Below, piece by piece: positions 1 through 10,675 of a DNA stretch of 64,000 nt. The position numbers were made by a program, and so were the translations under genes. Every line of letters begins with the position of its first letter. Position 1 is the first letter of the stretch. Source of the stretch: an uncultured Chloroflexia bacterium (GTDB taxonomy: Bacteria > Chloroflexota > UBA6077 > JACCZL01). A model generated the notes under the pieces. That model made no database searches, was not told the origin of the DNA, and was given only the letters and a program-made list of their open reading frames with translations. The stretch lies in assembly GCA_963765765.1 (NCBI GenBank), contig CAVXYC010000014.1, positions 128,001 through 192,000 on the forward strand. The letters are read 5' to 3'.

Positions 1-867
1 ACGTTCGGTAAGCGATTCCCGGGTGTCGAGCTTCAGGGGACCGAGATGGCAGGGCGTGAGGTTCGGGAGAAGATCATCGCCGAGCAGGCCTCAAAGAATT
101 ACGTCGCGGATATTGCCTTCACGGGTTACACCACCCAGCGGGACCTCACCGAAGCGGGGCTTTTTGAACCCTACGAAACGCCCCAACTGCCACAGCTATT
201 TCCTCAGTTCGTGGTGCCCGGCGGAGTGGTGAATCCCCGCACGGCCAGTCTTATCAGCGTAACCGTCAACACGAACCTGGTACCGCCGGACCAGGAGCCC
301 AGGGTGTGGAACGACGTGCTCAATCCGAAGTGGAAGGGCAAATTGGCGGTGCTTGACCCGCGCGGCTCTGGCGAAGGTGGAACTATCATCGCGGGCATGG
401 AGCTGGTCTACGGCTTCCAATGGCTCGAGAAGCTGAAGGAGCAGGATGTCTTCTTCTCCAAGGCGACCGGACCGATCTGGGCCGGCCTGGCGCGCGGTGA
501 GTACGCTATGTACCTCACCGCGCGCCACGTGGACGCCATCGTCCAGCGGAAGTCGGGCGCGCCCGTCAAATTCATCAAGCCAAGCGATGGTGTGGGCTGG
601 ACGTACGCCAGCATGGGTAACATCAAGAACCAGCCGCACCCGAACGCCTCGCGCCTGTTCATGGAATGGACGCTCTCAGAAGAGGGCCAGGCCATTCTCG
701 GGCAGGATGGCTTTGTGGCCGTGCGTCAGGGCGTGAAGTCGGCGGAGCCAGAGGCGAGCATGGAGGGCATAACGTTGCTCCCGCGTGATGTGACGCCCGA
801 AGCCATCGAGAAGCTAGGCGATGACGCCGCACGGACCAAGCGCTGGGACGCGCTGTTCTTTAACTAG
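1..867 (+). CDS. ABC transporter extracellular solute-binding protein (Fe3+/thiamine/AfuA-like), 5' end outside window
   Basis: Frame 1 open from base 1; motifs VNTNLV..PRVWNDVLNPKWKGK and PHPNASRLFMEWTLSEEGQ typical of this SBP family. Confidence 0.85.
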   Translation, partial: TFGKRFPGVELQGTEMAGREVREKIIAEQASKNYVADIAFTGYTTQRDLTEAGLFEPYETPQLPQLFPQFVVPGGVVNPRTASLISVTVNTNLVPPDQEPRVWNDVLNPKWKGKLAVLDPRGSGEGGTIIAGMELVYGFQWLEKLKEQDVFFSKATGPIWAGLARGEYAMYLTARHVDAIVQRKSGAPVKFIKPSDGVGWTYASMGNIKNQPHPNASRLFMEWTLSEEGQAILGQDGFVAVRQGVKSAEPEASMEGITLLPRDVTPEAIEKLGDDAARTKRWDALFFN

Positions 868-895
868 TCGTCACGACGACGGTTGCGCTCATCAC

Positions 896-946
896 CAAAG
901 CCGAGCTTAGTGGCGTCCTCCTATGGGGCCACTAAGCTCGGCTTTG
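896..946. terminator. 19-bp perfect hairpin between convergent genes, probable bidirectional terminator
   Basis: CAAAGCCGAGCTTAGTGGC-N13-GCCACTAAGCTCGGCTTTG. Confidence 0.75.
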
Positions 947-993
947 ACGCGTGCGACGATGCAGGCTTCTTGAATCGATTTGCCGCTGGTACG

Positions 994-2223
994 CTAGTGC
1001 GCCAGCGCGTCGCGCCTACGCTGGAGAAAAGCCCGCTCAGTGGCGTTTTCTGTAAGGGCGATGGCTGCGTCATATGACTGTGCAGCCTCGGCAGTACGGC
1101 CCAGACGGAGGTAGAGATCGGCGAGTACCGAATGGTAGAGGTAGTACCCACTCAAGTTGAGCGATTCGACGAGCCGCAGCGCGTCCGTCGGGTCGCCCAC
1201 TTCAGCAATGGCCACTGAGCGGTTGAGTGCCACGATCGGATTCGGCGCGAATTCCAGCAACTGATCGTAGAGCGTCACAATCTGTCGCCAGTCCGTGTCG
1301 GCCGCGGTGGGTGCGTCACTGTGTACGGCATTGATGGCCGCCTGGATCTGGTACGGCCCTGGCTGATTCCGTCTCAGGCATCGTCGAACGAGATCCTGGC
1401 CCTCGGCGATCAGCTCGCGGTCCCAGAGTGCTCTGTCCTGATCCCGTAACAACACGAGCTCCCCGGTCGAGGAGACTCGGGCACGTCGTCGAGACTCGAT
1501 GAGCAGCATGAGCGCGAGCAGCCCCATAACTTCTGACTCGTCGGGCATCAATTCATAGAGAAGTCGACCTAGACGAATCGCCTCCAAGCAGACATCGTCT
1601 CGGATGAGCTGGTCCCCTGAGCTTGCGGTATACCCCTCATTGAAAATGAGATAAATGACGCCCAGGACACTCACCAGCCGCCCGGGAAGCTCCGATTCTC
1701 GGGGAACGCGATAGGGAATCCGGGCATCGCGGATCTTGCCCTTGGCCCGAACCAGTCGCTGTGCCATGGTTGTCTCAGCGACAAGAAAAGCTCGAGCGAT
1801 CTCCGACGTCGTGAGCCCACCGAGAAGCTTGAGTGTGAGCGCCACTTGAGCTTCTGTCGCAAGCGCTGGGTGGCAGCAAGTGAAGACCAGCCTGAGTCGG
1901 TCGTCGCGCACGGCTCCCTCCTCGGGAAGGTCTTCATCGCCCAACATCAACGTCGCCTCGATCTGACGCCCGCCTCGCGTAGATTCCCTGCGCAGCCAAT
2001 TGATGGCGCGATTGCGCGCGGTGGTGATGATCCAGCCCGCTGGGCTCCGCGGTAGACCTTCCTCGGGCCAACGTCGCAATGCCACGGTGAAGGCTTCCTG
2101 CACAGATTCCTCGGCGAGATCGATATCGTGAAACGCACTAACGAGTACGGCCACAGAGCGGCCGTACTCTTCGCGAAACACTCGCTCGATCGTCGACGGT
2201 TGGATGGCACCTTCATTAGACAT
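994..2223 (-). CDS. ECF sigma factor with C-terminal TPR extension (ECF42 type)
   Basis: Region 2 AEESVQEAF..ALRRWP..GWIITTARNRAI; DDRLRLVFTCCHPAL; GPYQIQAAINAVH; TGATG overlap with YCII gene. Confidence 0.9.
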   Translation of the reverse strand: MSNEGAIQPSTIERVFREEYGRSVAVLVSAFHDIDLAEESVQEAFTVALRRWPEEGLPRSPAGWIITTARNRAINWLRRESTRGGRQIEATLMLGDEDLPEEGAVRDDRLRLVFTCCHPALATEAQVALTLKLLGGLTTSEIARAFLVAETTMAQRLVRAKGKIRDARIPYRVPRESELPGRLVSVLGVIYLIFNEGYTASSGDQLIRDDVCLEAIRLGRLLYELMPDESEVMGLLALMLLIESRRRARVSSTGELVLLRDQDRALWDRELIAEGQDLVRRCLRRNQPGPYQIQAAINAVHSDAPTAADTDWRQIVTLYDQLLEFAPNPIVALNRSVAIAEVGDPTDALRLVESLNLSGYYLYHSVLADLYLRLGRTAEAAQSYDAAIALTENATERAFLQRRRDALAH

Positions 2224-2578
2224 CACTCATGAGAGTCTGACTGAAACGGCGTGACCTGCACGGGAACCGTTGTTGCCAGAGCAGTCTTGCGTGCCCATTC
2301 GAGTGCGTCATCAAGATTGTCAGCCTGAATGATGGACAGGCCGCCGATTTGTTCCTTGCTTTCGCTGAAGGGGCCGTCGGTAACAGGACATCGTCGCCTT
2401 GAGGCCGCACCACCGTGATTGCGTCCGAAAGATGTAGCGCACCGCCAAAGACCCAGGCACCGGCCGCGGTGAGCTCATCATGGAGCGAGTTCACGTTCTT
2501 CATGATCTCTTCCATCTCCGCCGGGCCGGGTTGAGTGGAGTTGGGCGGGTAGATGATCGTGAGAAGGTACTTTGGCAT
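2223..2578 (-). CDS. YCII/DGPF-domain protein, frameshifted near 2384
   Basis: MPKYLLTIIY..ELTAAGAWVFGGAL; restoring one base gives VLVTDGPFSESKEQIGGLSII..ALEWARK and a TGA at 2223-2225. Confidence 0.85.
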
Positions 2579-2661
2579 CGGGATTCTTCCTTTCGATTCT
2601 CGTGTGACTGCCTGGCGGAGACGATGTTTCTTCTCCGCACTTCGGCCGCCTTCACTTACTA

Positions 2662-2688
2662 AACAAATGGGGAGGCGAGAAATCGACA
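2662..2688 (-). promoter_or_regulatory. Possible ECF42 autoregulatory promoter
   Basis: TGTCGA (-35, 2683-2688) matches the ECF42 motif; -10 reads TGTT instead of CGTC/CGAC. Confidence 0.4.
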
Positions 2689-2801
2689 GGATCGCTCGCG
2701 AATCGGAAAACGGTCAGCCCTCCGCTCGTTGCGGACTGCCCGCAGCAGGAGACTTAAATACGAACCCGAGCGTCGGCTTGCCGAGAGGAGACTACGCCCC
2801 G

Positions 2802-3539
2802 CTAGCTCCTATTTGAGTCCACTAACTCTCTGAGGCGGTCCGCCCATTTCCAGGGCTCCACGGTGTCCAGGTGGCGACAGTAGACGTAGCAATCCTTACC
2901 GTTGTCTAGCTGCGCATTCAGGAAGTTGGCCCAGGCTTGAAGCTGCTCATCCTGGTACTCAAGCTTTCGAAGACGAGCGTAGAAAAAGCTGGCGGTGTTG
3001 CGCATCTGGGCGGGTGCTTCATCGGTTTCGGCTGCTATCCAGGCTACACCGCGCTCCCGCAAGAGGTCTTCGACTTCAGCCGTGTTCCAGGACTCGTTCC
3101 GAAATTCAATCGCCCAACGCAAACCAGGGCAAGCTGGCATCGAATCGAGAAAGTTGGCCAGAAGGTCATCGCTGCGGTCCAGATCCGCCGGGATCTGCAG
3201 TGAGACCACGCCGAGTTTGCCAATCGACTCCAGCGGCTCCAACATCGTCAAGAAACGTCTAGCGATCTCAATGGCGTTGCCCGACAACCGCTTGTATTCG
3301 GTAACGCTTCGCACCATCCTGGGCGAGACGGTGAATTCACCCGGCGTCGATGAGATCCATCTGGCTACTGTGGCTTCGGACGGGGCTCGCTGGAAGGTAC
3401 CGATCGACTCCAGCGAGCTCATGCGCGTCGCGTAGTGCTCCAGATAGTCGGCTCGTTTGACTGAAGACGGATAGAAAAGTCCTTCGCCTTGCCAGTCCTT
3501 GTAATCGTAGCCGGATAGTCCGATGTGGAGCGTTGCCAT
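2802..3539 (-). CDS. DUF72 (YecE-like) protein
   Basis: HIGLSGYDYKDW..FYP, LEHYA, WAIEFRNESW, FFYARL. Confidence 0.85.
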   Translation of the reverse strand: MATLHIGLSGYDYKDWQGEGLFYPSSVKRADYLEHYATRMSSLESIGTFQRAPSEATVARWISSTPGEFTVSPRMVRSVTEYKRLSGNAIEIARRFLTMLEPLESIGKLGVVSLQIPADLDRSDDLLANFLDSMPACPGLRWAIEFRNESWNTAEVEDLLRERGVAWIAAETDEAPAQMRNTASFFYARLRKLEYQDEQLQAWANFLNAQLDNGKDCYVYCRHLDTVEPWKWADRLRELVDSNRS

Positions 3540-3598
3540 GGCTGACTTTACACGCGCTCGACTGCCGCTTGCTATCTCCTAATGTTCCTGGCCCACTC

Positions 3599-3650
3599 CT
3601 CATTCCGGTGACACAGTGCCCCCTTCGGAGATACGAATCGGCGACCGCCC
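3599..3650. repeat. Dispersed ~45-nt motif, copy 1 (copy 2 at 13364-13412), IS-end-like
   Basis: CTCATTCCG..TGACACAGTGCCCC shared; 14 nt identical. Confidence 0.5.
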
Positions 3651-3761
3651 CCGTAGCGCGGTGGTCTTGCGCCCCGCGCCGGGAGACCCCGCAGCCCGAA
3701 AGCCGTCATCGCGCGCAGCATTCGTCGGGCGCGCGGGGAACAAGACCACCGCGCTACGGGG
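3649..3761. repeat. GTAG-type REP/REPIN-like palindrome
   Basis: CCCCGTAGCGCGGTGGTCTTG ... CAAGACCACCGCGCTACGGGG, 21-bp perfect inverted repeat. Confidence 0.8.
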
Positions 3762-3844
3762 ACCGGCTCGTATCCCTTGGCGCCGGTATGCAAAATGGCG
3801 CTCCCTGGGGAGCGCCACGATGCGAGCTTGAAGGGATTTGATGC

Positions 3845-4309
3845 CTAGCTGCCGAAACCCCACAGCTTGCCGGGAATCGGCACGCCGTCAACGTGGTGAT
3901 TTTCGGCAGTGTTGGAGTCAAGATAGGTTCCGTCCTGGCGCACGCGTGTCTCTTGCTGCCTCTGCCCGCCTAGTTTGGCACCCACGCGAAGCAAGAACAG
4001 ATTCGTACCACCGGTGTTGAGGTAGCGGTAATAAGCGCCCTTGGGGATCATGATACCTTCGAATTGCTTGAGCACCTTGCCCTCGCCATGCCGATCAAAG
4101 AACGTTACTTCGCCTTCCATGACGATGAACGCGTGCTCTTCGGCGCTATGCGCGTGGATTGCGTTCTCGCCACCTTCGGCGTTGACCTTCAAGCTCAGCC
4201 AGAGGCAATCTTCTTTGGCCAGGTCAATGTTCACCCGACCTTCCGACAGGTAATTGCCCTTCAGCGCGAAGGTGTAAGTATCTGGAGGAGACTGCACTTC
4301 TGTAGCCAT
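3845..4309 (-). CDS. Cupin domain protein
   Basis: AAGGAG RBS then MATEVQ; cupin motifs GGENAIHAHSAEEHAFIVMEGEV and GIMIPKGAYY. Confidence 0.85.
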   Translation of the reverse strand: MATEVQSPPDTYTFALKGNYLSEGRVNIDLAKEDCLWLSLKVNAEGGENAIHAHSAEEHAFIVMEGEVTFFDRHGEGKVLKQFEGIMIPKGAYYRYLNTGGTNLFLLRVGAKLGGQRQQETRVRQDGTYLDSNTAENHHVDGVPIPGKLWGFGS

Positions 4310-4361
4310 GTTGGCTCCTTTCGAGCTGCTGCAAAGCGGATTTCCGCGGAAATTCGAAGTA

Positions 4362-5477
4362 TCAGGCGAGCACCGGCTCGGGAACGCGGATCTTGTAGAA
4401 CTTGACGGCGTTGTCTCTGACCAGCTTGGAAAGAACTGGGCGGTCAAGGTGCCCCATGTTCTTCACCAGGAATGCACGCGATTCAGGCCATTTTGAATTC
4501 GGGTGAGGGTAATCTGTGGACCACATGCAGGTGTTCTCGCCCCACCATGAGAACAGCTTGCCGCCCACCGGGTCATCGAAGAATGTAGCCGACATCTGCC
4601 GCTCGAAATATTCACTCGGAACCATGCGGATGCTGAGCGGCCGGGCGCCGGAGCCGTCAGGTCGAGTGGAGCCGAAGCGGCGGACGTAGTAGTCCCACTG
4701 CTGTAAGTAGAACGGGATCCAGCCGACCTCGCTCTCGACGACATTGACGTTCAGATTCTGATGGCGCTCCAGGACACCAGTAAAAATGATGTCAAAGAGA
4801 GTGTTGGCTGCGCCGTTAATCTTGTGATTGACCGAGCCGCGATGGGCCTCGATTGGTCCGCCACGATCACGAGCACTGTAATCGAAGCCTGTCAGGATAT
4901 GCAGGTTGACCGGCATCTCCATCGCCTCGGCGGCCGACCAGAATCGCTCGTAGTGATCGGAATTCCATGGCAGATCGGGGTGCGGAACCTGCCAGATCAT
5001 GGCGCCGACGAAGCCAAGCTTCTTACAACGCTCCATCTCCTGAATGGCGTGATCGATGTCATACACAGCGATCGCGGCGATACCAAAGAGTCGCTCGGGC
5101 GATGCCTGGCAATACTCAGCCAGCCAGTCGTTGTAAATTCGGAAGCACGCCTCCTGCATCGCGGCGTCTTCAAGGCTGTAGAGTCGCAGGGCGAGTGTGG
5201 GAAAGAGCACCTCGGCGCTTACGCCGTCTTCCGCCATCTCCTTCACGCGACTGGTGGGGTCCCAACCGCCGGGCCGTGCCGCCTCCATGGTCGCTGCCGA
5301 ATGAGCGGCGCCCTCACGACGGCGGTCGGAAAACACGGGCGCGTTTTCACGCATCGAGGCTGGAAGCCTCGTCTTCCAGAGGTCTCCCGGCTCCGTCACG
5401 TGCGAGTCCGCGGAGATCAGCAGCTCCCGGCTTATGTCTAGAGTATTCCCTGTATCGAGCATGTCCACGATGGCCAT
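4362..5477 (-). CDS. Amidohydrolase family 2 protein (ACMSD/LigW-like)
   Basis: AGGAGG RBS; ISADSHVTEP, DGVSAEVLFPT, PVNLHI, WSTDYPH. Confidence 0.88.
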   Translation of the reverse strand: MAIVDMLDTGNTLDISRELLISADSHVTEPGDLWKTRLPASMRENAPVFSDRRREGAAHSAATMEAARPGGWDPTSRVKEMAEDGVSAEVLFPTLALRLYSLEDAAMQEACFRIYNDWLAEYCQASPERLFGIAAIAVYDIDHAIQEMERCKKLGFVGAMIWQVPHPDLPWNSDHYERFWSAAEAMEMPVNLHILTGFDYSARDRGGPIEAHRGSVNHKINGAANTLFDIIFTGVLERHQNLNVNVVESEVGWIPFYLQQWDYYVRRFGSTRPDGSGARPLSIRMVPSEYFERQMSATFFDDPVGGKLFSWWGENTCMWSTDYPHPNSKWPESRAFLVKNMGHLDRPVLSKLVRDNAVKFYKIRVPEPVLA

Positions 5478-5608
5478 TAGTCGACCTCCTGCTGCCGAGT
5501 GTACCGCTGACCGGAAAGGCTGGCAACTGGCGAATGGGTCTACCGGGCTCGACGACCGCCAACCGACTAGCGTCGGTTCCGATCGGCAGGTGTTGATTGA
5601 CTTGGGGT

Positions 5609-6547
5609 TCACACGCCTCGAACGTCCGCGAACAGCTCCTCGGCGGTGGGCATGTTGGGGATGATGGATTGCTCGTGACAGGTCTTGACGAGCGCATCGA
5701 TGGAGACGCGGTTCGGCTCGACACCGTAGGGCAAAGGGTCGCCACCAATGACGGTCCCCTGCCAGATCACGCGCTTATCTTCGTCCGTGACGCCGCCAGT
5801 CGCCCGAAGTTGATCCAGATAGCCGTCCTTGGCCGTGGCGAACATACGGAACAGCTCGGCAGCCAGCCACGGGTGCTCTTCAAGAAGGTCGTCTCGCACC
5901 ACGACGATATGAACGATTGGGTTAATCAGCGTTCGGTGGTACCAGGCTTCTTCAGTCTCACGGACGTTCTGCACGAGAGGTTGGACATTGTCAGTGTTAG
6001 GAAGCCCTGCCGCGATCCCGGCATCCAGCTCACCAGCGATGAGCATGTCGTTCAGTTTCTTCCCTGACGGCGCCCGAGTGACCCAGGCCGGTTCGTTGTA
6101 CTCGGCGACGTGCGGGTCCTCGTAGGAGACGTACTGAATAGACTCCAGGTCCACGTCGTACTCGGTCTGTAGTACCACACGCCCCCAAACTCCCGTGGTG
6201 ATGGTCCACGATCCGATACCAGCACGCTTGCCGTGCAAGTCTCTACCAGTCTTGATCCCGGACCCGACGTTGCAGGAGATCACCCCGTGATGGAAGTGAC
6301 GATTAAGGAAGACGGGCAAGGCGGTGATGCGCTTTCCGAACGACCGCGCCACGAGGTAGGTCGTCGGCGACATGTGACAGACGTCGTACGCCAGATCGCG
6401 GACCATCCGCGGAAACGCGTCCTGGATACGTTGTAGCTCGTCGAACTGAAGCGTCAGGCGGCTCGAGGTGATCGAGCCATCCTTTAGAGCGCGCGTCCAT
6501 GGCGCATTCCCAAGGGCCGTGTTGAGCACGAGTGGTGCATTGCTCAT
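5609..6547 (-). CDS. 4,5-dihydroxyphthalate decarboxylase (PhtD)-like / substrate-binding-fold protein
   Basis: TRALKDGSI, AFPRMVRDLAYDV, ITALPVFLNRHFHHG, TTGVWGR, PLPYGVEPNR. Confidence 0.8.
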   Translation of the reverse strand: MSNAPLVLNTALGNAPWTRALKDGSITSSRLTLQFDELQRIQDAFPRMVRDLAYDVCHMSPTTYLVARSFGKRITALPVFLNRHFHHGVISCNVGSGIKTGRDLHGKRAGIGSWTITTGVWGRVVLQTEYDVDLESIQYVSYEDPHVAEYNEPAWVTRAPSGKKLNDMLIAGELDAGIAAGLPNTDNVQPLVQNVRETEEAWYHRTLINPIVHIVVVRDDLLEEHPWLAAELFRMFATAKDGYLDQLRATGGVTDEDKRVIWQGTVIGGDPLPYGVEPNRVSIDALVKTCHEQSIIPNMPTAEELFADVRGV

Positions 6548-6778
6548 GAGATCCGTGCCTCCGTGCCAGACTTGGAGCGCTTTCGCGCAGCTCCGAGGCA
6601 GAGAATACCATCGCGCACCTCACATCTAAGGAGTCAAGCCCTCCCCGCTGCATCCGCTCAGACAACGGCCCTTGTAGTCCGTGTAGCATCAACTCCCAAG
6701 CATGCACGATCCGGCCCCACTCCACGGCGCCTCATTAAGTTCGTCTGTAGGATCGACATCACATCTTGCCGATCACCG

Positions 6779-8530
6779 CTAGTTCGCAGCGCGAAGCGCC
6801 CGTCGAAGTCGATCTGTCCCCTCGAGATCCAACGTCTCATCGGTCTCGTTCAGCACCACGCCATACTCCGAGCGCGCCCTTTCCGCTGAGATGTAGCCAA
6901 GCTGCACGTCTCGCATTACCATTTCAGGGGCACGATCGAGCGCATCACCAAATCCCCCACCTCCGCCACTCTCGATGACGTAGGCATCACCCGGCTGGAG
7001 CTGGACGTTGTAGAGCTTGCCGTTGGGCGGCTGCTCGATGGAGCCGTCGGCCCGCTTGATGAAGATTCGGTTGCCGATCGCCTGTTTGCCACCTTCCAGC
7101 CCCCAGGGCAGGCACTGCGTCCGCTCGATCTGGGAGTTCACTGTCAGCGGCGCCTGGGCTTCAATGGTGCGCGTCAGCCCCAGACCGCCGCGCTGCCGAC
7201 CAGCGCCGCCCGAGTCCTGTCGCAGCGCGTACTCGCGAACGACCATTGGTGATTTCATCTCGCCCGACTCAATGGGCGAGTTGTGCGTATCACCATCGTT
7301 CAGGCAGACGGTCACGTTCATGCCGTCCTCATTGTGCTTGGCGCCCCAGCCACCTCCGCCCGGTCCCACTGGACCAAAGAAGAAGCGCCCCGTACGCGGA
7401 TCAACGCCGTAGCTCGTGGCGATGATGAGATCCGCGTGATGACCCGCGATGGCGCGGTCCGGAATAGCTGGAGCAAGCGCCCTAAATATCGTGTCCACCA
7501 CGGTCATCGGAATCGTCATCCACATACGCATGGCGGCCGGCTTCGTGGCACTGACCACCCTTCCTGGCGGCAGGATGACGTCCACTGGTAGGAATGAGCC
7601 GTGATTGATTGGTAACCAGAGCGGCGAGGTGATGCACTTGAAGGCGACCTCGGCCGCCGAGCGCCCCGCCGTGGCCCCGGAGTTGTAGTAGCCGCCGACT
7701 TGCTCGCTCACGTCGCTCAAGTCGATGGTCATCTTCTCGCCAGCGACCTTCACGGTGACCCTGATCGGGATACGCTTACCGAAGGTAATGCCGTCATCGT
7801 CCATGAACGATTCGGCCTCGTAGACACCGTCCGGAATCGTAGCGACGCTGGCGCGGGCAAGGCGCTCGCTCTGCTCGTAGATCTTCTCAATGCTACCCAG
7901 CACCGTGTCTTTACTGAATCGGCCGAGCAGATCGAGAAAGCGCCGCTCACCCGTCTTTACAGCGGCGACCTGAGCCCTGAAATCGCCCATGGCAAGGCTA
8001 GGGAACCTGACGTTGCTCTTGATGATCTCTGTGAGCTCGGCGTCCTGCTGGCCGCGCTTGAAAACCTTGACGATCGGAAGCTGGAGACCTTCTGAGTAGA
8101 TGTCCCGAGTGGCACCGCCCAGCACGCCGCCCACGTCCTGCCAGTGCGCCATGGACGACGCGTAGGCCACGATCTCTCCCTCCCAGAAGATCGGAAGCGT
8201 GAAGATCATGTGATTTAGGTGACTCCCCATGATGTAGGAGTCGTTGGTGAGCAAGATGTCGCCGGGCTCAATTCCGTCCGGTCCGTAGTGTTTCAACTTA
8301 GCCTTAATGGCGTCCGATAACCCTCGGATGAACATTGGCAGACCGAGCCCGATGGAGATGGTGTTACCGGCAGCATCGAAGAGGCCGACGGTGAAGTCCA
8401 ACGCCTCGTAAATGATCATGTTGTAGGCGGTCCGCATGAGGTTGGTCTTCATCTCATCGGTAATCGCCACAACGGAATTGCGGATGATCTCCGCGGTGAT
8501 GGCGTCGGCGGGAGCCTGATTAGAACGCAT
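6779..8530 (-). CDS. Hydantoinase B/oxoprolinase family protein
   Basis: RTAYNMIIYEALDF, PGDILLTND..GSHLNH, AHWQDVGG, DIYSEGLQLP, DSGGAGRQRGGLG, GGGGGFG. Confidence 0.92.
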   Translation of the reverse strand: MRSNQAPADAITAEIIRNSVVAITDEMKTNLMRTAYNMIIYEALDFTVGLFDAAGNTISIGLGLPMFIRGLSDAIKAKLKHYGPDGIEPGDILLTNDSYIMGSHLNHMIFTLPIFWEGEIVAYASSMAHWQDVGGVLGGATRDIYSEGLQLPIVKVFKRGQQDAELTEIIKSNVRFPSLAMGDFRAQVAAVKTGERRFLDLLGRFSKDTVLGSIEKIYEQSERLARASVATIPDGVYEAESFMDDDGITFGKRIPIRVTVKVAGEKMTIDLSDVSEQVGGYYNSGATAGRSAAEVAFKCITSPLWLPINHGSFLPVDVILPPGRVVSATKPAAMRMWMTIPMTVVDTIFRALAPAIPDRAIAGHHADLIIATSYGVDPRTGRFFFGPVGPGGGGWGAKHNEDGMNVTVCLNDGDTHNSPIESGEMKSPMVVREYALRQDSGGAGRQRGGLGLTRTIEAQAPLTVNSQIERTQCLPWGLEGGKQAIGNRIFIKRADGSIEQPPNGKLYNVQLQPGDAYVIESGGGGGFGDALDRAPEMVMRDVQLGYISAERARSEYGVVLNETDETLDLEGTDRLRRALRAAN

Positions 8531-8602
8531 ACTCAAGCAATCCTGCGCGCATCATAGGTGCTGCCAACCCGCGCCACCGGATACCAGCGATCTTGAAGCA
8601 CG

Positions 8603-10656
8603 TCAGCCAAGCTCAATCACCAGGTGGCCGTACTCATTCACTGTCAGGCGATCTCCCGATGCGATGACGGTTGAAGAGGCCGATTCCTCAACCACTGCCG
8701 GTCCTTCAATCACGTTGCCCGAAAGAAGCCGCATGCGATCGAACACTGCACACGTCTCTGGCTGTGCTGAATCCTCAAGATAGATTGAACGATCTGGCCG
8801 ACGAGCAATTGCGGGCGGTGTTGGTGCACCCTGCGCGATGCGTGGCAGAGGCGGTTTCTCAACCTGGCCGATTGCAGAAACTCTCAGGCTGACGATCTCG
8901 GCTGGCTCTTCAGGTGCACTATGGCTATAGCGCACCTCGTGTACTTCATCAAACGCGGCCTTGATACTCTGACGGGCATCGTCTGCATGAAGCGGTGTGC
9001 GCAACGGAACACTCACCGCGTGCTCCTGGCCGATATAGCGCATGTCCGCGGCGCGCTCGAATACCACTCGAGCAGGAGCAGTACCGGCGCTCTCTAGGGC
9101 GGCGGCTCCTTCGGTTTCAAGCTGACGGTACAGATCATCCAGCTCAGGCAGCGACACCTCAGCGAGCCGCTGCAGCCGCGTCAGCACGTAGTCGCGCCGA
9201 ACGTCCGCCTGCAGCATGCCGAACGCGGAAAAGTGAGCTGGGGACGTGGGAACAACGACGCGCCGAATAGAAAGCTCCCGCGCCACAGCAACCGCATGCG
9301 GAGGACCACCGCCGCCGTATGCGATCAGCGTGAAGTCACGCGGATCGAGGCCCCGCTCAGTCGTGACAGCCCGCACCGCGTTGGCCATGGACGAGACCGC
9401 GATAGCCAGAATTCCATCAGCCGCGCGGATCACGCTCAGATCGAGAGGCGATGCGATTTCGCGCTCAATCGCTTCCGCCGCGGCGGATACATTTAGCCGC
9501 ATCTCGCCGCCCAGAAAGTGCTCGGCAGAAATACGATTCAGCACTACGTCGGCATCGGTCACGGTGGGGCGAATGCCGCCACGGCCATATGACACTGGTC
9601 CCGGCTCAGCGCCGGAGCTCTTCCGGCCCAACGTGCAGCGCGCCGCCCTGATCGATCCAGGCAATGCTACCGCCGCCCATGCCCACTTCCTTGATGTCCA
9701 GCACGGGGATTCGAATCGCAAGTCCTTCGTTGTATCCACCAACGAAGTAGTCAGCAGAAAGCTCTGGCGCGCCCCGACGTACCACGCACGCCTTGGCAGT
9801 GGTGCCGCCCATGTCGAAGCAGATTGCGTTGTCCAGGTCCAGCGCTTCACAGAGCGCAATGGAGCCGACGACGCCGCCAGCGGGCCCCGACTCCATCATC
9901 TGGACACATTGCTCTCGCGCGGTCTGCAGATCGCACAATCCACCGCTGGATTGCATGATCATCAGGCTGCCGCGAAATTGATCGTCCCGCAGCCGACTGC
10001 TCGAGATTACCTAGATAGCTGCTGACCCTCGGACCAACATACGCATTGGCCGAAACAGTGGACGTACGCTCGTACTCGCGGTACTCACGCGAAAGCTCGT
10101 GCGAGGCTGTTACGAACATGTCCGGTGCAACATCAAGGATGATCTCTTTCATCTGCATCTCATGCTCAGGTGACCGATACGAATGCAGAAAGAGAATCGC
10201 CACCGATTCGACGTCGAGCTCTTTCAAGCGTAGTGCGACTCGCCGTGCCTCGGCCTGGTCCAAGGGACGCTCTACCGAACCATCGGCGAGCACTCGCTCT
10301 GGGACTTCGAAGATGAGATCCCGCGGCACGAGGGGTCGATGCTTTCGAAAAAAGAGATTGAACGACTCAGGGCGATTGATCCGGCCAATCTCGTAGACGT
10401 CGCGGAATCCTTCCGTTGTCACCAGCGCGGTACGCGCTCCTTTGCGCTCGAGTAACGCATTGATGACAACTGTCGAACCATGGACGATGGACCCGACCTC
10501 GGCAACGTTCACCGCCGCGCCCTGTATGGCGGACATGATTCCATCCACGAGGTTGGACGGAGTGCTCAGCGCCTTGCCAAGTGTTACCGAGCCGTTGGTC
10601 TCGTCGAAGGCAGAGACGTCCGTAAACGTTCCGCCAATGTCAACCGCTAATCTCAT
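8603..10656 (-). CDS. Hydantoinase A/oxoprolinase family protein, frameshifts near 9995 and 9620
   Basis: MRLAVDIGGTFTD; REYERTSTV; MQSSGG..ESGPAGG..FDMGGTT; GAEPGPVSYGRGG; DMRYIGQEH across three ORFs. Confidence 0.9.
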
Positions 10657-10675
10657 TCCAAAGTAAACTTGAAGG

